NCBI RefSeq assembly: GCF_001194135.2
Contig: NC_068982.1
Span: forward strand, 105,158,774 to 105,222,773
DNA: 64,000 bases
Source of the DNA: Octopus bimaculoides
Lineage: Eukaryota
Direction: 5' to 3'
Shown: piece by piece, positions 53,901 to 63,420 of the stretch
Layout of the letters: each line of letters starts with the position of its first letter
Position numbering within the stretch: the stretch's first letter is position 1
The notes under the pieces: generated by a model
Told to the model about the DNA's origin: nothing
Databases searched by the model: none
What the model saw: the letters and a program-made list of their open reading frames with translations, nothing else
Made by a program: the position numbers and the translations under genes

Positions 53901-56900
53901 CATTCATGTACATTTACATTACATGTTCAATGAAGTATGCTCACTTTATTTCTTTCCAATCTACTCAAGTCCTCTGCATTCAAGACCCATATCTCACTAC
54001 CACACAGCATTGCAGTTCTAGTATAAACATCATCACAATTTGCCTTTCACTCTAAGTGAAAAGACTTTTGTTGCCAGCAGTAATAATAGCTCCCTGAACT
54101 TTCTCCAACCCTTTCTTACTCTGGCTACTATACTTTCAGAGTAACCACCTTTCTTGTTAATAACACCTACTAGGTAACAAAAATGATTAGCTAATTCTAG
54201 TGTACCATCTAGGCATTTCAAAGAAATTATTTCTGGTGTGCTCATAGTATGTTACAGTGCATCTATCATAAAGGAACCAATGTTCTTTGATAGTCTGCTT
54301 GTGATTTCACTACACGTCTTGTGTGTCCATAACTTACACTGAGTATAATATATGGGGTGTATCCATAGCTTACACTGGATACAGCATATGTACTCCTTTT
54401 TTGCATATCAAACAAAGCCCTCTCTCTCTGAAGTTACTAGGGTCCTGTCTTCTTTTCTACTAATTATAACTTTTGTCTTTACTAAGTCTACTTTGAGGCC
54501 TCTCAATTCTAAGTTTAGCTTCACTCTGCACCTTTATACTAATTTTTTCGTGCCCACTCACATTGCACATCTAGCAGAGCATGCTCACTTCATTTCTTTC
54601 CAGCCTTCTCAAGTCCTCTGCATTTAAGGTCCATGTCTCACTACCATGCAGCATTACAATTGTAACATAAGCATCATACTATCTACTCTTTGGGAAAAAA
54701 TCTTTGTTGTTAGGAGTGGTAATAGCTTCCTGAGGTTTCTCCAACAAGTCGTCACTCTAGCCATTATACTTTCAGAGCAACCACCTCTCTTGCTAATTAC
54801 ATTTCCTGGGTAACAAAAGCTATCAACTACCAGAGAGCCATCTGGGCATTTGAGAAAAGCTATTTTCAGTGTGCACATAGTATGAACTGCTCCAGTACTA
54901 CATATGAAGCTTACATTTTTGGATAATCTATCATCATCATCATCATCATCATCGTTTAACGTCCGCTTTCCATGCTAGCATGGGTTGGACGATTTGACTG
55001 AGGACTGGTGAAACCGGATGGCAACACCAGGCTCCAGTCTGATTTGGCAGAGTTTCTACAGCTGGATGCCCTTCCTAACGCCAACCACTCAGAGAGTGTA
55101 GTGGGTGCTTTTACGTGTCACCCGCACGAAAACGGCCACGCTCGAAATGGTGTCTTTTATGTGCCACCCGCACAAGCCAGTCCAGGGGCACTGGCAACGA
55201 TCTCGCTCGAAAATCCTACAGGAGCCAGTCAGGCGGTACTGGCAACGGCCACGCTCAAAATGGTGCATCTCATGTGCCACCCGCACAAGAACCAGTCCAG
55301 GGGCACTGGCAACGATCTTACTTGGCTTGCCGGGTCTTCTCACGCACAGCCCATTTCCAAAGGTCTCGGTCCGTAGTCATCGCCTCGGTGAGGCCCAATG
55401 TACGAAGGTCTTGCCTCACCACCTCAGCCCAGGTCTTCCTGGGCCTACCTCTTCCTGCTAATGATTTTACTACATGTCTTGTGTGTCCATAGCTTACATT
55501 GGGTACAGCATGTGGAATTTATATGTACTCCTTTTATGTATATCAAACAAGGTCTTTTACTCAAAGCTACTAAGATCCTGTCTTCTTTCCTACTTACTGA
55601 AACCTTTGTCTTTACTAAGTCTACCTTGAGGCCTCTCATTTCTAGCTTTAGCTTCCATGCCTGCAATTTCCTCTCTATAGATTCAATAATGAGAACTAGA
55701 TCATCAGCATGTAAGAGTTCCCATGGACATCCAGTTTTAAACTCCCCAGTGATGGCTGTAGGACTATCATGAACAGAAGAAGATTGAGGACTGAAACTTG
55801 TTGAACTCCAAGGATATCCAATCTTAAACTTCTCTGTGATAGTTTATAGGACTCTGATAGGTGCTACTTTAGCTTGTGGTTTACCATAGTATCCATAGTC
55901 TACTACATAGTCTGTGAAATAACCTGATCTGGGCTAGGAATGGGGTTAAGGTTTAGGGTTAAGATTAGATTACACACTAAAGTGTAAATGCCCAACTAGA
56001 CAACATGCTAAAGTGGTACTCTCTGATGAATGGGGGTGAACTGAGGACTGAACTTTGATGAATGTATATCAGCCTGTTGGCAGTTCTTGATGAGAATTTA
56101 TTAGCACTCTCAAGTTCATTTTTGTTAAATCTTTCTGCATTAGCAGCATACTGTAGCAGGTCTTGTTTGCTGTTTACCAAATATTCTGCCATGTTTCTTC
56201 TTTCACTGTTGATTCACTCCTGTACGCTAATCAACCATGTCCACCTTTACCCCTCTTCATGTAGAGCCTGTGTACGTTCGCCTTAGGGTGAAGAGCACCA
56301 TACATTGTCATTGTCTTTCAGGTAGTGCGATTGAGCTGGTTAATCTCCGCTTGTGTCCATTTCAGGATGGGTGCATTATAGCAGACTACAGCAACCACTC
56401 AAATGTTAATGGCAGTCACAAGGTAGGCTGTGATGACCTTGTATTTCATTTCTTTATGCAAGATATTGTGCAGCTCCAGGATCCCAAGGTACTTGTACCC
56501 ATCATCATCTGGGTCTTCCATTCTCTCTCCGTTTGGCAATTCTATGCCCCTACAATTTACTCTTTTCCCCCACTTCAAAGTAAGCACCGCACCCTTCAAG
56601 ATACCGAACTGCACCACTCAGTAGGCAATTGTCTAATTGCAATGCAATTCTCTTTTGTGTTGACCTAAACCACTTGAGCCAATAGCCTTGAATTTTGTCT
56701 AGTCCTGCCGCTTTCCAGTTTGGCAGTTTTGATACCTGTGCAATGACATCTTTTGTTGTTATGCACACACGGTCCTGTTGTGGAGCCTCTGGGTGATGGA
56801 GTTCAGATCTCACTGAATGAATCCACTCAGCACCATAGTTGTTGGAAACTTCTTGCCCCCAGATGTTATTCCAAAATTGGCGGGTTTCTTCTCCTTCAGG

Positions 56901-58104
56901 AGGTGTATTATCTTCTGCATTTCCTCCTTAGCCCTTAAAAAACTGCCTCTGATTATTTGAGAATAACTGGTTTTGATGGAACTGCGATATGTGACCAGTG
57001 TAATTAATATTATTATTATTATTATCATTATTATTATTATTATTATTATCATTATTATTATTATTATTATTCCCACAACTAACCCCACAGAATTGACTCT
57101 GGGCATTAATGAGAACATTCTGAGTAGTCTTTTCTGAGTGAACTTTTGGGTTGAGGATCATTGACGATTTCCAAAAGTCTTGGCAGTGCTATGGGGGTGG
57201 TATTGCCTGTTCAAGACAAGCTCTTCAGACACGGAAGTGCCAACTGCATAGAAATAGAACCTAAACCTGATGCAAAAGCAACTACACAACATGATGACAT
57301 CAGCAAGAACTAACCACCAACTTCCAGTAAAACAGGATCTCCTTAATAATTCCATCTTTTGGTGCCATTTTCTCTTTGAAAGAAATAGCTATAAAAGAAC
57401 TCTCTCAGTCAGCAGTAGTAGTGTCTGCTTGACTACAGAATGGATACCAATGGATGACAGTGACAATGATGCAGCTAAACCAGCTAGCTGCTAGGATCAC
57501 ACAATGTCAGTTACTGTCATTCTTGAATGCAACATCCCACACAAACTTTGAACTATCTAACTTGGTGTAAACACTTTTTCTTTGTTGTTGGTAGTGACAA
57601 AGTTTGTTAATGTTAAAAATGAATATTTTTGTATTTAAAATCTCAAACAGAATTTATGGTCTTTCCATTGACATCAACTCAACTAAATCATTACACTGGT
57701 GGTACACGTATGAAAATATCTTACTATCACACTTCAATCTATAAATACCAAACTATGAACATTCACCTATGCATGTCAATTTATAAACATTAGACTACAA
57801 AGGTCAAAATAACAAGTTTCTTGTTCAAAAAGACTAATAAGAGTTTCAGAGTAACTCACCTTCATTGCCCTTTGTGTAGAAAAGACCATGTGGGTGAACG
57901 CTATAAGGTCGACTGGCATTGTTAAAGAAATGGACACGGAGTGTTTGTCCAACAGATCCACTTAAAATAGGTCCCAGAAGACCAAGTGATTCAGGTTTTG
58001 GTATTTCTTGAGTAAATGTGAAGTCTGTATATTGCTTATAGATGGCTTTCTTGTACTTACGTCCAATCCTGGTTGGAGATTTCTCCAAGAATGTTTTGTA
58101 GTCT
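5257..58104 (-). CDS. Ceruloplasmin/hephaestin-like six-domain multicopper ferroxidase (12 coding exons in window, 5' exon missing)
   Basis: The spliced exons sum to 2992 nt (1 nt carry-over plus 997 codons including the stop) in one open frame. Motifs in order: D1 HPHG and YHSH; D2 CHVHDHYVGGM; D4 CVTNDHFNAGT; D6 HSVHFHG and HCHVDDHIIGGM (multicopper oxidase signature). Confidence 0.95.
6956..9360 (-). mobile_element. 5'-truncated, degenerate R4/Dong-clade non-LTR retrotransposon (RT, CCHC, REL endonuclease)
   Basis: NYRPIACPNIIWKILT; YRYLGI; NVDRLYMKRKNGGTGL; CRLCGKT-ENVIHLVSGC knuckle near 7560-7610; KITKYSEMKVE and KVIPVMIRALG at the C-terminus. Frameshifts and stops are present. Both ends abut (TAA)n. 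Confidence 0.88.
9398..10010 (+). mobile_element. Head-to-tail array of three SINE family B copies separated by (ATT)n
   Basis: Copies start at about 9400, 9658 and 9935 (the last is 5'-truncated); each ends at or next to an (ATT)n tract. Confidence 0.85.
10013..11294 (-). mobile_element. Full-length (1282 bp) inactive mariner transposon
   Basis: TIR TTGAGTCATC(A/C)CATAAATAAT at both ends with TA duplication; transposase remnants WVSHKLSE and PHPPYSPDIALPDYHLF; stops and frameshifts. Confidence 0.92.
12621..13072 (-). mobile_element. tRNA-derived SINE family A, full length
   Basis: Head AGGCGCAGGAGTGGCTGTGTGGTAAG, CORE-like GCACCTTGGGCAAGTGTC, internal (TA/TG)n, tail GACTGAAACAAGTAAAAGAG. 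More than a dozen further copies or fragments, e.g. near 6540, 13390, 21530, 24530, 31390, 45080, 62040. Confidence 0.88.
13739..14340 (-). CDS. Exon K (domain 5 and start of domain 6): PGHVFVKSSDSLIGSKYIKAVY...FMENNKNH
   Basis: Acceptor ttgcag|t, donor g|gtatgt; 602 nt open frame. Confidence 0.95.
17700..19330 (-). mobile_element. Degenerate RTE-clade LINE (RT and C-terminus)
   Basis: QFGFVPRRSTTDATFLVRQLQEK, FVDMEKA, GVRQGSVLS, LLYANDLVL; C-terminal GRGRTRKTW-like motif near 17810. Confidence 0.85.
20410..20682 (+). mobile_element. RTE 3'-UTR-derived short repeat (family D) with (GAT)n tail
   Basis: AAAGCACCCACTACACTCTCGG...GCATGGAAAACGGACGTTAAA-(GAT)n; about 20 copies in the window, in both orientations. 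Confidence 0.75.
20780..21120 (+). mobile_element. tRNA-derived SINE family C
   Basis: Head with B-box GAGTTCAATTCC, TGTGTCCTTGAGCAAGACAC core, body GTGGAGTATTCAGCCACTTGCA; homologs at 22505-22820, 26574-26908 and 33646-34037 (minus). Confidence 0.8.
23924..24430 (+). mobile_element. Internally deleted hAT (Charlie/Buster-like) transposon, 507 bp
   Basis: TIRs CATGGGTCACCAAAC / CAGGGGTCATCAAAC; 8-bp TSD GGTTATGC vs GGTTATAC; 24021-24200 encodes FGTTYVCEQTFSKMKSVKSAHRMRLIDEHLKAIL, the hAT dimerization tail. Confidence 0.9.
25580..25790 (-). CDS. Exon J (domain 4/5): GIWAVECVTNDHFNAGTKAMYKV...VREYFIQAEEVEWDYAPGHKDLVYNTSLDDPD
   Basis: Acceptor ctgtag|gt, donor aa|gtaagt; 211 nt. Confidence 0.94.
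25977..26451. mobile_element. Tigger/pogo-like MITE inserted in (TA)n
   Basis: Perfect 18-bp TIR CAGACTGTCCTCATTTAA with TA flanks. Confidence 0.85.
27590..27830 (-). mobile_element. CR1-like LINE 3' fragment
   Basis: Translates as NSYSKSFHSKTLVLWNLLPMHVFP, resembling the SFFPRT..LWN.LP..VFP C-terminus. Confidence 0.6.
28241..28453 (-). CDS. Exon I (domain 4), absent from the ORF track: GINGYLYGNLYEPEMCMNDKVSWHIMALGNEVDLHTVYFHGNTF...LEMTAVNP
   Basis: Translated by hand; acceptor ttgtag|gt, donor g|gtaagt; 213 nt. Confidence 0.94.
28701..28920 (+). mobile_element. SINE family B copy flanked by (ATT)n
   Basis: Well-preserved A-box and B-box, core GTTGACTTTGCCTTTCATCCTTTCAGGGTTGATAAATTAAGTACC; others at 29225, 32967 (minus), 34382. 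Confidence 0.85.
31171..31321 (-). CDS. Exon H (domain 4): KNVDKEFFLMFTVTDENNSWY...FMESNLMH
   Basis: Acceptor tttcag|aaa, donor g|gtaggt; 151 nt. Confidence 0.94.
35016..35327. mobile_element. Solo LTR, 312 bp, 5-bp TSD
   Basis: TGTGG...CCACA ends; perfect ACTAC duplication at 35011-35015 and 35328-35332; GC- and CpG-rich relative to flanks. Confidence 0.85.
36412..36627 (+). mobile_element. Mariner-derived MITE, 216 bp
   Basis: About 28-bp TIR core GGTGCTGA(C/A)AAGTT(C/T)CTGGCTTT, TA flanks; retains the transposase C-terminus LEKLKGHCNKCVNLREEYVE*. Confidence 0.85.
36765..37165 (+). mobile_element. SINE family A, full length and young
   Basis: CpG-rich; very similar to the copies at 42597 and 40061. 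Confidence 0.9.
37194..37387 (-). CDS. Exon G (domain 3): GIVEPHSQKTYYWYV...[41 protein letters not shown]
   Basis: Acceptor ttgtag|gt, donor cag|gtgaga; 194 nt, phase 1 to 0. Confidence 0.94.
38830..39240 (-). mobile_element. RTE LINE AP-endonuclease remnant
   Basis: RVDICSMSETR, GVYDAGILV and ISGYTPQVG-like motifs in broken frames. Confidence 0.6.
40061..40590 (-). mobile_element. SINE family A (193-N gap over the internal microsatellite)
   Basis: Head and tail both present. Confidence 0.88.
40869..41155 (-). CDS. Exon F (domain 3): DSEVFFKNGAQRIGGKYMKAIY...LGSLGPVIRAEVGE...AFYTDQAGDK
   Basis: Acceptor caccag|t, donor g|gtaaag; 287 nt. Confidence 0.92.
42597..43029 (+). mobile_element. 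SINE family A, full length
   Basis: Near-consensus head, core and tail. Confidence 0.9.
43919..44084 (-). CDS. Exon E (domain 2/3): GGMETMMEVLFC...KIVEYFIAAEEEEWSYSRNGTNLYDGGSLTEPD
   Basis: Acceptor ttttag|gt, donor ag|gtcagt; 166 nt. Confidence 0.93.
44522..44628 (-). CDS. Exon D (domain 2): RKDSINLYPAEFSVATMHINDEGSWLVKCHVHDHYV
   Basis: AAG acceptor (caaag|g), donor g|gtaaat; 107 nt; type-1 Cu Cys and His. Confidence 0.88.
46975..47300 (-). mobile_element. GC-rich fragment resembling an RTE-type LINE 5' UTR
   Basis: Minus strand GGTCGTCGGCGACTAAACTGGCAACCCC, then ...GACAGGTCAAAGGGTAGGAGACAGAC; no ORF follows. Confidence 0.5.
48471..48768 (-). CDS. Exon C (domain 2): DKTYNPENTQHLLMKVMDENLSWY...ESNKMHALNG...GNEVDIHTLNVNGHSFEYNHH
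   Basis: Acceptor atgcag|at, donor ag|gtaaaa; 298 nt, phase 1 to 2. Confidence 0.93.
50505..50685 (+). mobile_element. RTE LINE RT fragment
   Basis: KGR...CNDYRAVTLLSVPGKVFAKVILNRL. Confidence 0.75.
51709..51921 (-). CDS. Exon B (domain 1): GALYRDGT...CLPWMYHSHIEPVMDMNAGLMGMLILCKK
   Basis: Acceptor tttcag|ga, donor g|gtaaag; 213 nt; YHSH motif. Confidence 0.95.
52165..52553 (+). mobile_element. Solo LTR, 389 bp, 4-bp TSD (Gypsy-like)
   Basis: TGTAG start, TTATA end (probably a decayed TTACA), GATC duplication at 52161-52164 and 52554-52557, internal AATAAA near 52435. Confidence 0.72.
53650..55800 (-). mobile_element. Stack of RTE LINE 3'-half fragments, including a young 5'-truncated copy (about 54930-55452)
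   Basis: Three diverged copies of the KVNLVKTKV and WRKFRELLPLL segments; the young copy encodes RGRPRKTWAEVVRQDLRTLGLTEAMTTDRDLWKWAVREKTRQAK* plus 3' UTR and (GAT)n. Confidence 0.8.
56040..57000 (-). mobile_element. Second R4/Dong-clade fragment
   Basis: PNWKAAGLDKIQGYWLK, GYKYLGILELHNILHKEMK, AEYLVNSKQDLLQYAA; homologous to 6956-9360; the 5' end abuts (ATT)n at 57002-57071. Confidence 0.82.
57860..58104 (-). CDS. Exon A (domain 1): DYKTFLEKSPTRIGRKYKKAIY...YSVHPHGLFYTKGNE
   Basis: Acceptor taacag|a, donor g|gtgagt; 245 nt, phase 2 to 1; HPH trinuclear Cu ligands. Confidence 0.93.
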
Positions 58105-59410
58105 CTGTTAAAATGAATAAATAAATATCAGAAACCCAAAACCAATGGAATATGTAGTAATTTCTTATGTGGATTTGATGCTAGAAATTTATTAAGAGGA
58201 TTTTCAAAAATTGTAATCAGTATTGTTAGAAATTGATTTGAACAGCAACAGCCATACAGGGCTTGAGATGGCTCTCTAACCTTGCTGATGACAAGGTAAC
58301 CTCTATAGTGCTGGTATTATGAAAAAATGCACCAAATATACTTTGTAAAGTGGTCAGTATTAGGAAGGACACCTAATACTGGAGAAAGACATGGTCTCAG
58401 ATCTAATTAATCCTATCAAACAGTCCTGCTTATGCTAGCATGGAAAGCAAATGAAAACGATGACAATGATATCACAGATTTAATTACATTAAAATCTTGC
58501 AATTGTGGTAAGGGAAGTTATATAAAAACTTCTAAAGGAAAGTGACAAGAGAAGTCATGTTAATGCCATTCTTAAGAGCTTTGATAGAATTAGTGATGTA
58601 AAATAATTGACAACTAGATTAAAAATTAAGTTGAGGTGGCTACACCAGGTGGGCTGTAATAACTATTTTCATCCACATAGACTGTAAGAACCATTTACAG
58701 TTATATAGATGGTAATAACTATTTAAAGGTATATAGACTACAATAACCACTTACTAAATACACTGTAATAACAATTTCAGCTATATAATAATAATCATCA
58801 TCACCATTTAATGCCCATGCTGGTGTAGGTTGGATAGTTTGACAGGATCCGGTGGATACAAGAGCTGCATGATGCGCTAGTGTTTGTTAGGTATGGTTAT
58901 TATGGCTGGATACCCCACATAACATAAACAACTTTACAGGATGTACCAGGTATTGTCTTCATGCCATCACTATTTGGAACATTGCTATGCAGCTTGCAAT
59001 ACTATGAACCCTAAGTGAGGAAGGGGAAGTTCATGATAAGAGGATAAGGAGTAGAGAGGGGTAAGGTGTAAGAGAAAGGGCCAGAGCAGAATGGATTTCT
59101 TGTTGTGGGGGAGCAACATGATTATTCACATTTTAGAAGAGAGGTGGTGGTGGTGGTGGAGCTGGAAAGTGGTAATGAGGTGTAAGAATGAACCTTTAAT
59201 GGGCAGGAATGGGTATCAGGAGTGAGTGTGTGGAGTAGAGGAATAATGTAGGGCAGCAGGAATAATCATTTACAACTACATTCACAGTAATACTCATCTT
59301 AATGACTTGTAGGGACACTGTATTTCTTTATGCAACAATAGTGTATTACAAAGTATATTAAACACTTTATAAGTCAATACTGTATTTTACTGAGTTAACA
59401 ATGCCATTAA

Positions 59411-59528
59411 ATCACTAGTTTAGGTTGTCTCTACAGATTTTCTATAGAAATTATAGCCAGCACTGACTATAATCAGTGCTGGCTATAACTTCTACAGAAA
59501 ATCTGTTGAGATAACCTTAACAAGTAAT
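59411..59528. repeat. 118-bp inverted repeat (hairpin)
   Basis: Arms 59411-59466 and 59473-59528 pair with 7 mismatches or wobbles in 56 positions; 6-nt centre. Confidence 0.9.
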
Positions 59529-60048
59529 AGTCATTTGTAGCTATATGGACTGCTGTATAGCTAGGTGGACCAATGAAAGTTAAGTGTCTCAGCTACATTC
59601 ACAAAGATTATGGGTACTACTCCATCTAACTCTGATTTTCTGATATAAAGCATCAGTACCTGATGACAAAATATGAATTGTCAACTTCTCTACTCATTGT
59701 CCTACTACTCAATCCACATGGTGCTTCATAGTTTTACAAAAGAGAAGAGAAATAAAAGCAAAAGAAAATAGATCGAGGTTGTGAGGAACTTTTTTTCATC
59801 TACCATTTATGTTCATTACTTTGTGCCTCATAGAACCATAATGAATTATTGTTATTGTTGTTGTTTTACCTCCTGGTCAACCTTGACAGTGCAGATTTAT
59901 GTACCAGCAACAAATGTCCCATTCTTCTCTTGGGATTTACATACCTAGAATTATATTATCCAATTTCTTCCTCTGTTTTCAAGATGGTAGGGTGTAATCT
60001 CAGGGATATTTGGTGAATATTTCATGCATTTTTAGCAACTATTTAGAG

Positions 60049-60377
60049 CAGGGATTCTCAACCGTTTTTTATCCATAGACTCCTCTGATTGCTATTTTAT
60101 TCTGGTGGACCCCCATAGCTATTCGATGTTTAAAAACTAGTTTTATAGAAACTTCTTTCAAAATACCCTTTTTTTTTATCCCCACATTAACTTGTGTAGG
60201 TTGAAGTATATAACATGTTAGGAAAAGAAATCTAGCTATTTCTTGCAATAAATACCAATACATACATCTAAAGCAAAATTTTTTCTGGGGCTGTTAAAAT
60301 AGTATTGTAGATCCTCAATTTACTATTTTGTTGCATGGACCCTTAGGGGTTATATGGACCCCAGTTGACAACCACTG
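60049..60377. mobile_element. hAT-type MITE, 329 bp
   Basis: CAGGGATTCTCAACC / CAGTGGTTGTCAACT termini; perfect 8-bp TSD ATTTAGAG. Confidence 0.9.
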
Positions 60378-60399
60378 ATTTAGAGGCTCACTCAATAGC

Positions 60400-60648
60400 G
60401 TTTATTATTTACGTTATTTACAATTGACAGATATTTGTCCTCATTTTATTTGTTGTTAACACAACGTTTTGGCTGATATACTTTTGAGCCTTCATCAGGT
60501 GTCTTGGGAAAATTTCAAACCTGGGTTCTTATTCCTTAGGTATTTTTCAATGTTGTTATTATTATTATTATTATTCTGGTCACTGCCTGGAATCGAACTT
60601 AGAATCTTGGGGTTAGTAGCCCGCGCTCTTAACCACTACACCATATGC
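60400..60648 (-). mobile_element. tRNA-headed SINE-like element with (AAT)n linker and Penelope-like tail
   Basis: Minus strand GGTGTAGTGGTTAAGAGC (A-box)...AGTTCGATTCC (B-box)-(AAT)n-tail containing a hammerhead motif. Confidence 0.65.
60458..60503 (-). ncRNA. Minimal type I hammerhead ribozyme motif, G12 mutated (probably inactive)
   Basis: GACAC CUGAUGA A GGCU-12nt-AGCC AAAA CG UU GUGUU; stems I and II pair. Confidence 0.6.
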
Positions 60649-61372
60649 AGCTGCTAGGAGAAGGAGTGTCATTTGTTTATGTTATTATTATTTATATGCT
60701 GTTATTATTATTATTATTATCATTATTACATACTATTGTTTGGGTTTGGTCAGGTATATCAGATACCATACAGGTATATCAAATATGATACAACATAAAT
60801 TCTGGAATTATTAAAGCTATCTCCACCTTGAGAGGATGTGTCATAATTACCAAATGGCAATTAAAACTGGTTCCATATGAGAAGGGGAGATAACCTCAAG
60901 AATCAAGAATTATCCAAAGTTGACATGGCATTAAGGAAAAAGACAGACATATTGTCTGGAGATAAGAGAATAGTTGTGGACATGTGTTTCAGCCTTGTGG
61001 ACATATAGCAGAATAATTATCTTAACCTATCTCCAGCAGCCAAGGGACATCATCATCATCATCATCATCGTCGTCGTTTAACGTCTGCTTTCCATGCCAG
61101 CATGGGTTGGACGATTTGACTGAGGACTGTTGGACCAGGAGGCGACACCAGGCTCCAATCTGATTTGGCAGAGTTTCTACAGCTGGATGCCCTTCCTAAC
61201 GCCAACCACTCCGAGAGTGTAGTGGGTGCTTTTACGTGCCACCGGCATGAAGGCCAGTCAGGCGGTACTGGCAACGGCCACACTCAAAATGGTGTATTTT
61301 ATGTGCCACCTGCACAAGAGCCAGTGCAGGGGCACTGGCAACGATCTCGCTTGAAAATCCTTACACATGCCA

Positions 61373-62038
61373 NNNNNNNNNNNNNNNNNNNNNNNNNNNN
61401 NNNNNNNNNNNNNNNNNNNNNNNNNNNNNNNNNNNNNNNNNNNNNNNNNNNNNNNNNNNNNNNNNNNNNNNNNNNNNNNNNNNNNNNNNNNNNNNNNNNN
61501 NNNNNNNNNNNNNNNNNNNNNNNNNNNNNNNNNNNNNNNNNNNNNNNNNNNNNNNNNNNNNNNNNNNNNNNNNNNNNNNNNNNNNNNNNNNNNNNNNNNN
61601 NNNNNNNNNNNNNNNNNNNNNNNNNNNNNNNNNNNNNNNNNNNNNNNNNNNNNNNNNNNNNNNNNNNNNNNNNNNNNNNNNNNNNNNNNNNNNNNNNNNN
61701 NNNNNNNNNNNNNNNNNNNNNNNNNNNNNNNNNNNNNNNNNNNNNNNNNNNNNNNNNNNNNNNNNNNNNNNNNNNNNNNNNNNNNNNNNNNNNNNNNNNN
61801 NNNNNNNNNNNNNNNNNNNNNNNNNNNNNNNNNNNNNNNNNNNNNNNNNNNNNNNNNNNNNNNNNNNNNNNNNNNNNNNNNNNNNNNNNNNNNNNNNNNN
61901 NNNNNNNNNNNNNNNNNNNNNNNNNNNNNNNNNNNNNNNNNNNNNNNNNNNNNNNNNNNNNNNNNNNNNNNNNNNNNNNNNNNNNNNNNNNNNNNNNNNN
62001 NNNNNNNNNNNNNNNNNNNNNNNNNNNNNNNNNNNNNN
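61373..62038. other. Assembly gap (666 N); other large gaps at 40218-40410 and 47320-47720
   Basis: N runs in the sequence. Confidence 1.
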
Positions 62039-62350
62039 ACACACACATACACTTATGATAGTCTTCTTTCAGTTTCTGTCTACCAAATCCACTCACAAGG
62101 CTTTGGTCAGTCTGAGGCTATAGTAGAAGACTTTGGTCAAGATACCACACAGTGGGACTGAACCCAGAACTATGTGGTTGGGAAGTAAGCTTCTTATCAC
62201 ACAGCCCTATATAATGTAATATGCACCTATATAATGTAATATGAATTTTTCTTTAAACATAGGAAATGACTGTAAGTTCTAATTTTTATGACACCTACCA
62301 CCACCACTACCACCACCACCACTCCAACTGATGAATCATATCCTTGACAG

Positions 62351-62530
62351 TACTTAAGGATGAGAAAATCACTAAATGGATGTAGAAAATTGAATGAAGG
62401 TTAACTTATTCTTTCCACATATTTTCAGTCCTGCTTAGGGAATAAAAAAGTTCTTAAGGATGAGAGAATTACTAAATAAATGTAGAAAGTTGTATTGAGG
62501 TTAACATTCTTTCTACATATTTTCAGCCCT
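62351..62530. repeat. Old 100-bp-period tandem duplication
   Basis: TTAAGGATGAG at 62354 and 62454; the two units are clearly alignable but diverged. Confidence 0.75.
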
Positions 62531-62850
62531 ATTGTCAATCATAGTCATAAAATTTCAAATATGCTATAAGGTGGGTTTTTCTATACAATGTCAAGGGAGT
62601 GTTTTCATTTACTTTCTTGAGATCGCATGAATTAATAGTGTAAGTTTAATTGTTATTTGATCAGTGCTGCTTCACTTGAGCTTTGTGTGTACGTGTGTGT
62701 AAGCACATACCGACATGGCTCAGATGAAGTCAGCTATCAAATGAAATTACTGTATGTACAAGAAATTAATGCACACACAATGTTAGTTGCTGAAAATAAT
62801 GTAGGGATTAATAATCAGGTATCCTTTTGGTATATAATCACAAATTATGA

Positions 62851-62965
<115 letters not shown>

Positions 62966-63420
62966 TTGTATGAGCTTTGTTAAGTATTGGTTATCACAAA
63001 AGTATTAAAATGCAGATATATATTCTTTGATAATAATAAGAAAATGTTCAAAACAGTTTACAAGAAAGTACTTAAGAAACAAATAAAATCAGTGACAGTT
63101 AAAAATCTGCTTAGAATTAATTACTAGCTTGTATGGTCTGGCTAAATCAAAATGGTTTTTTTGTATTCTTCCTTTCCATTTGGAGAGTTTAAATATAGTT
63201 ATAAAAATATGTCCTTCTGTTGAAATGAAATTTCAGTATATTTCTATATCTTTGTGCAGCTGAGGATTGTTCTGCATTTTACATTTGATGTAATGTTCAC
63301 ATTGCTTAAATAAATGGAATCGCATGAAACGATCGTACTGCATTAACTTTGGATATCCTTGTTGCTTATTTTGATATATATATATATTCACTCTACACTG
63401 AATTGTGGCANNNNNNNNNN

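Noticed and set aside
57072-57360. Moderately GC-rich segment after the (ATT)n tract
   Set aside because: Probably a transposon remnant, but I could not assign a family or a coding frame.
61165-62161. Long ORFs of 227-297 aa (also around 40051-40494 and 47187-47870)
   Set aside because: Made almost entirely of X from N runs.
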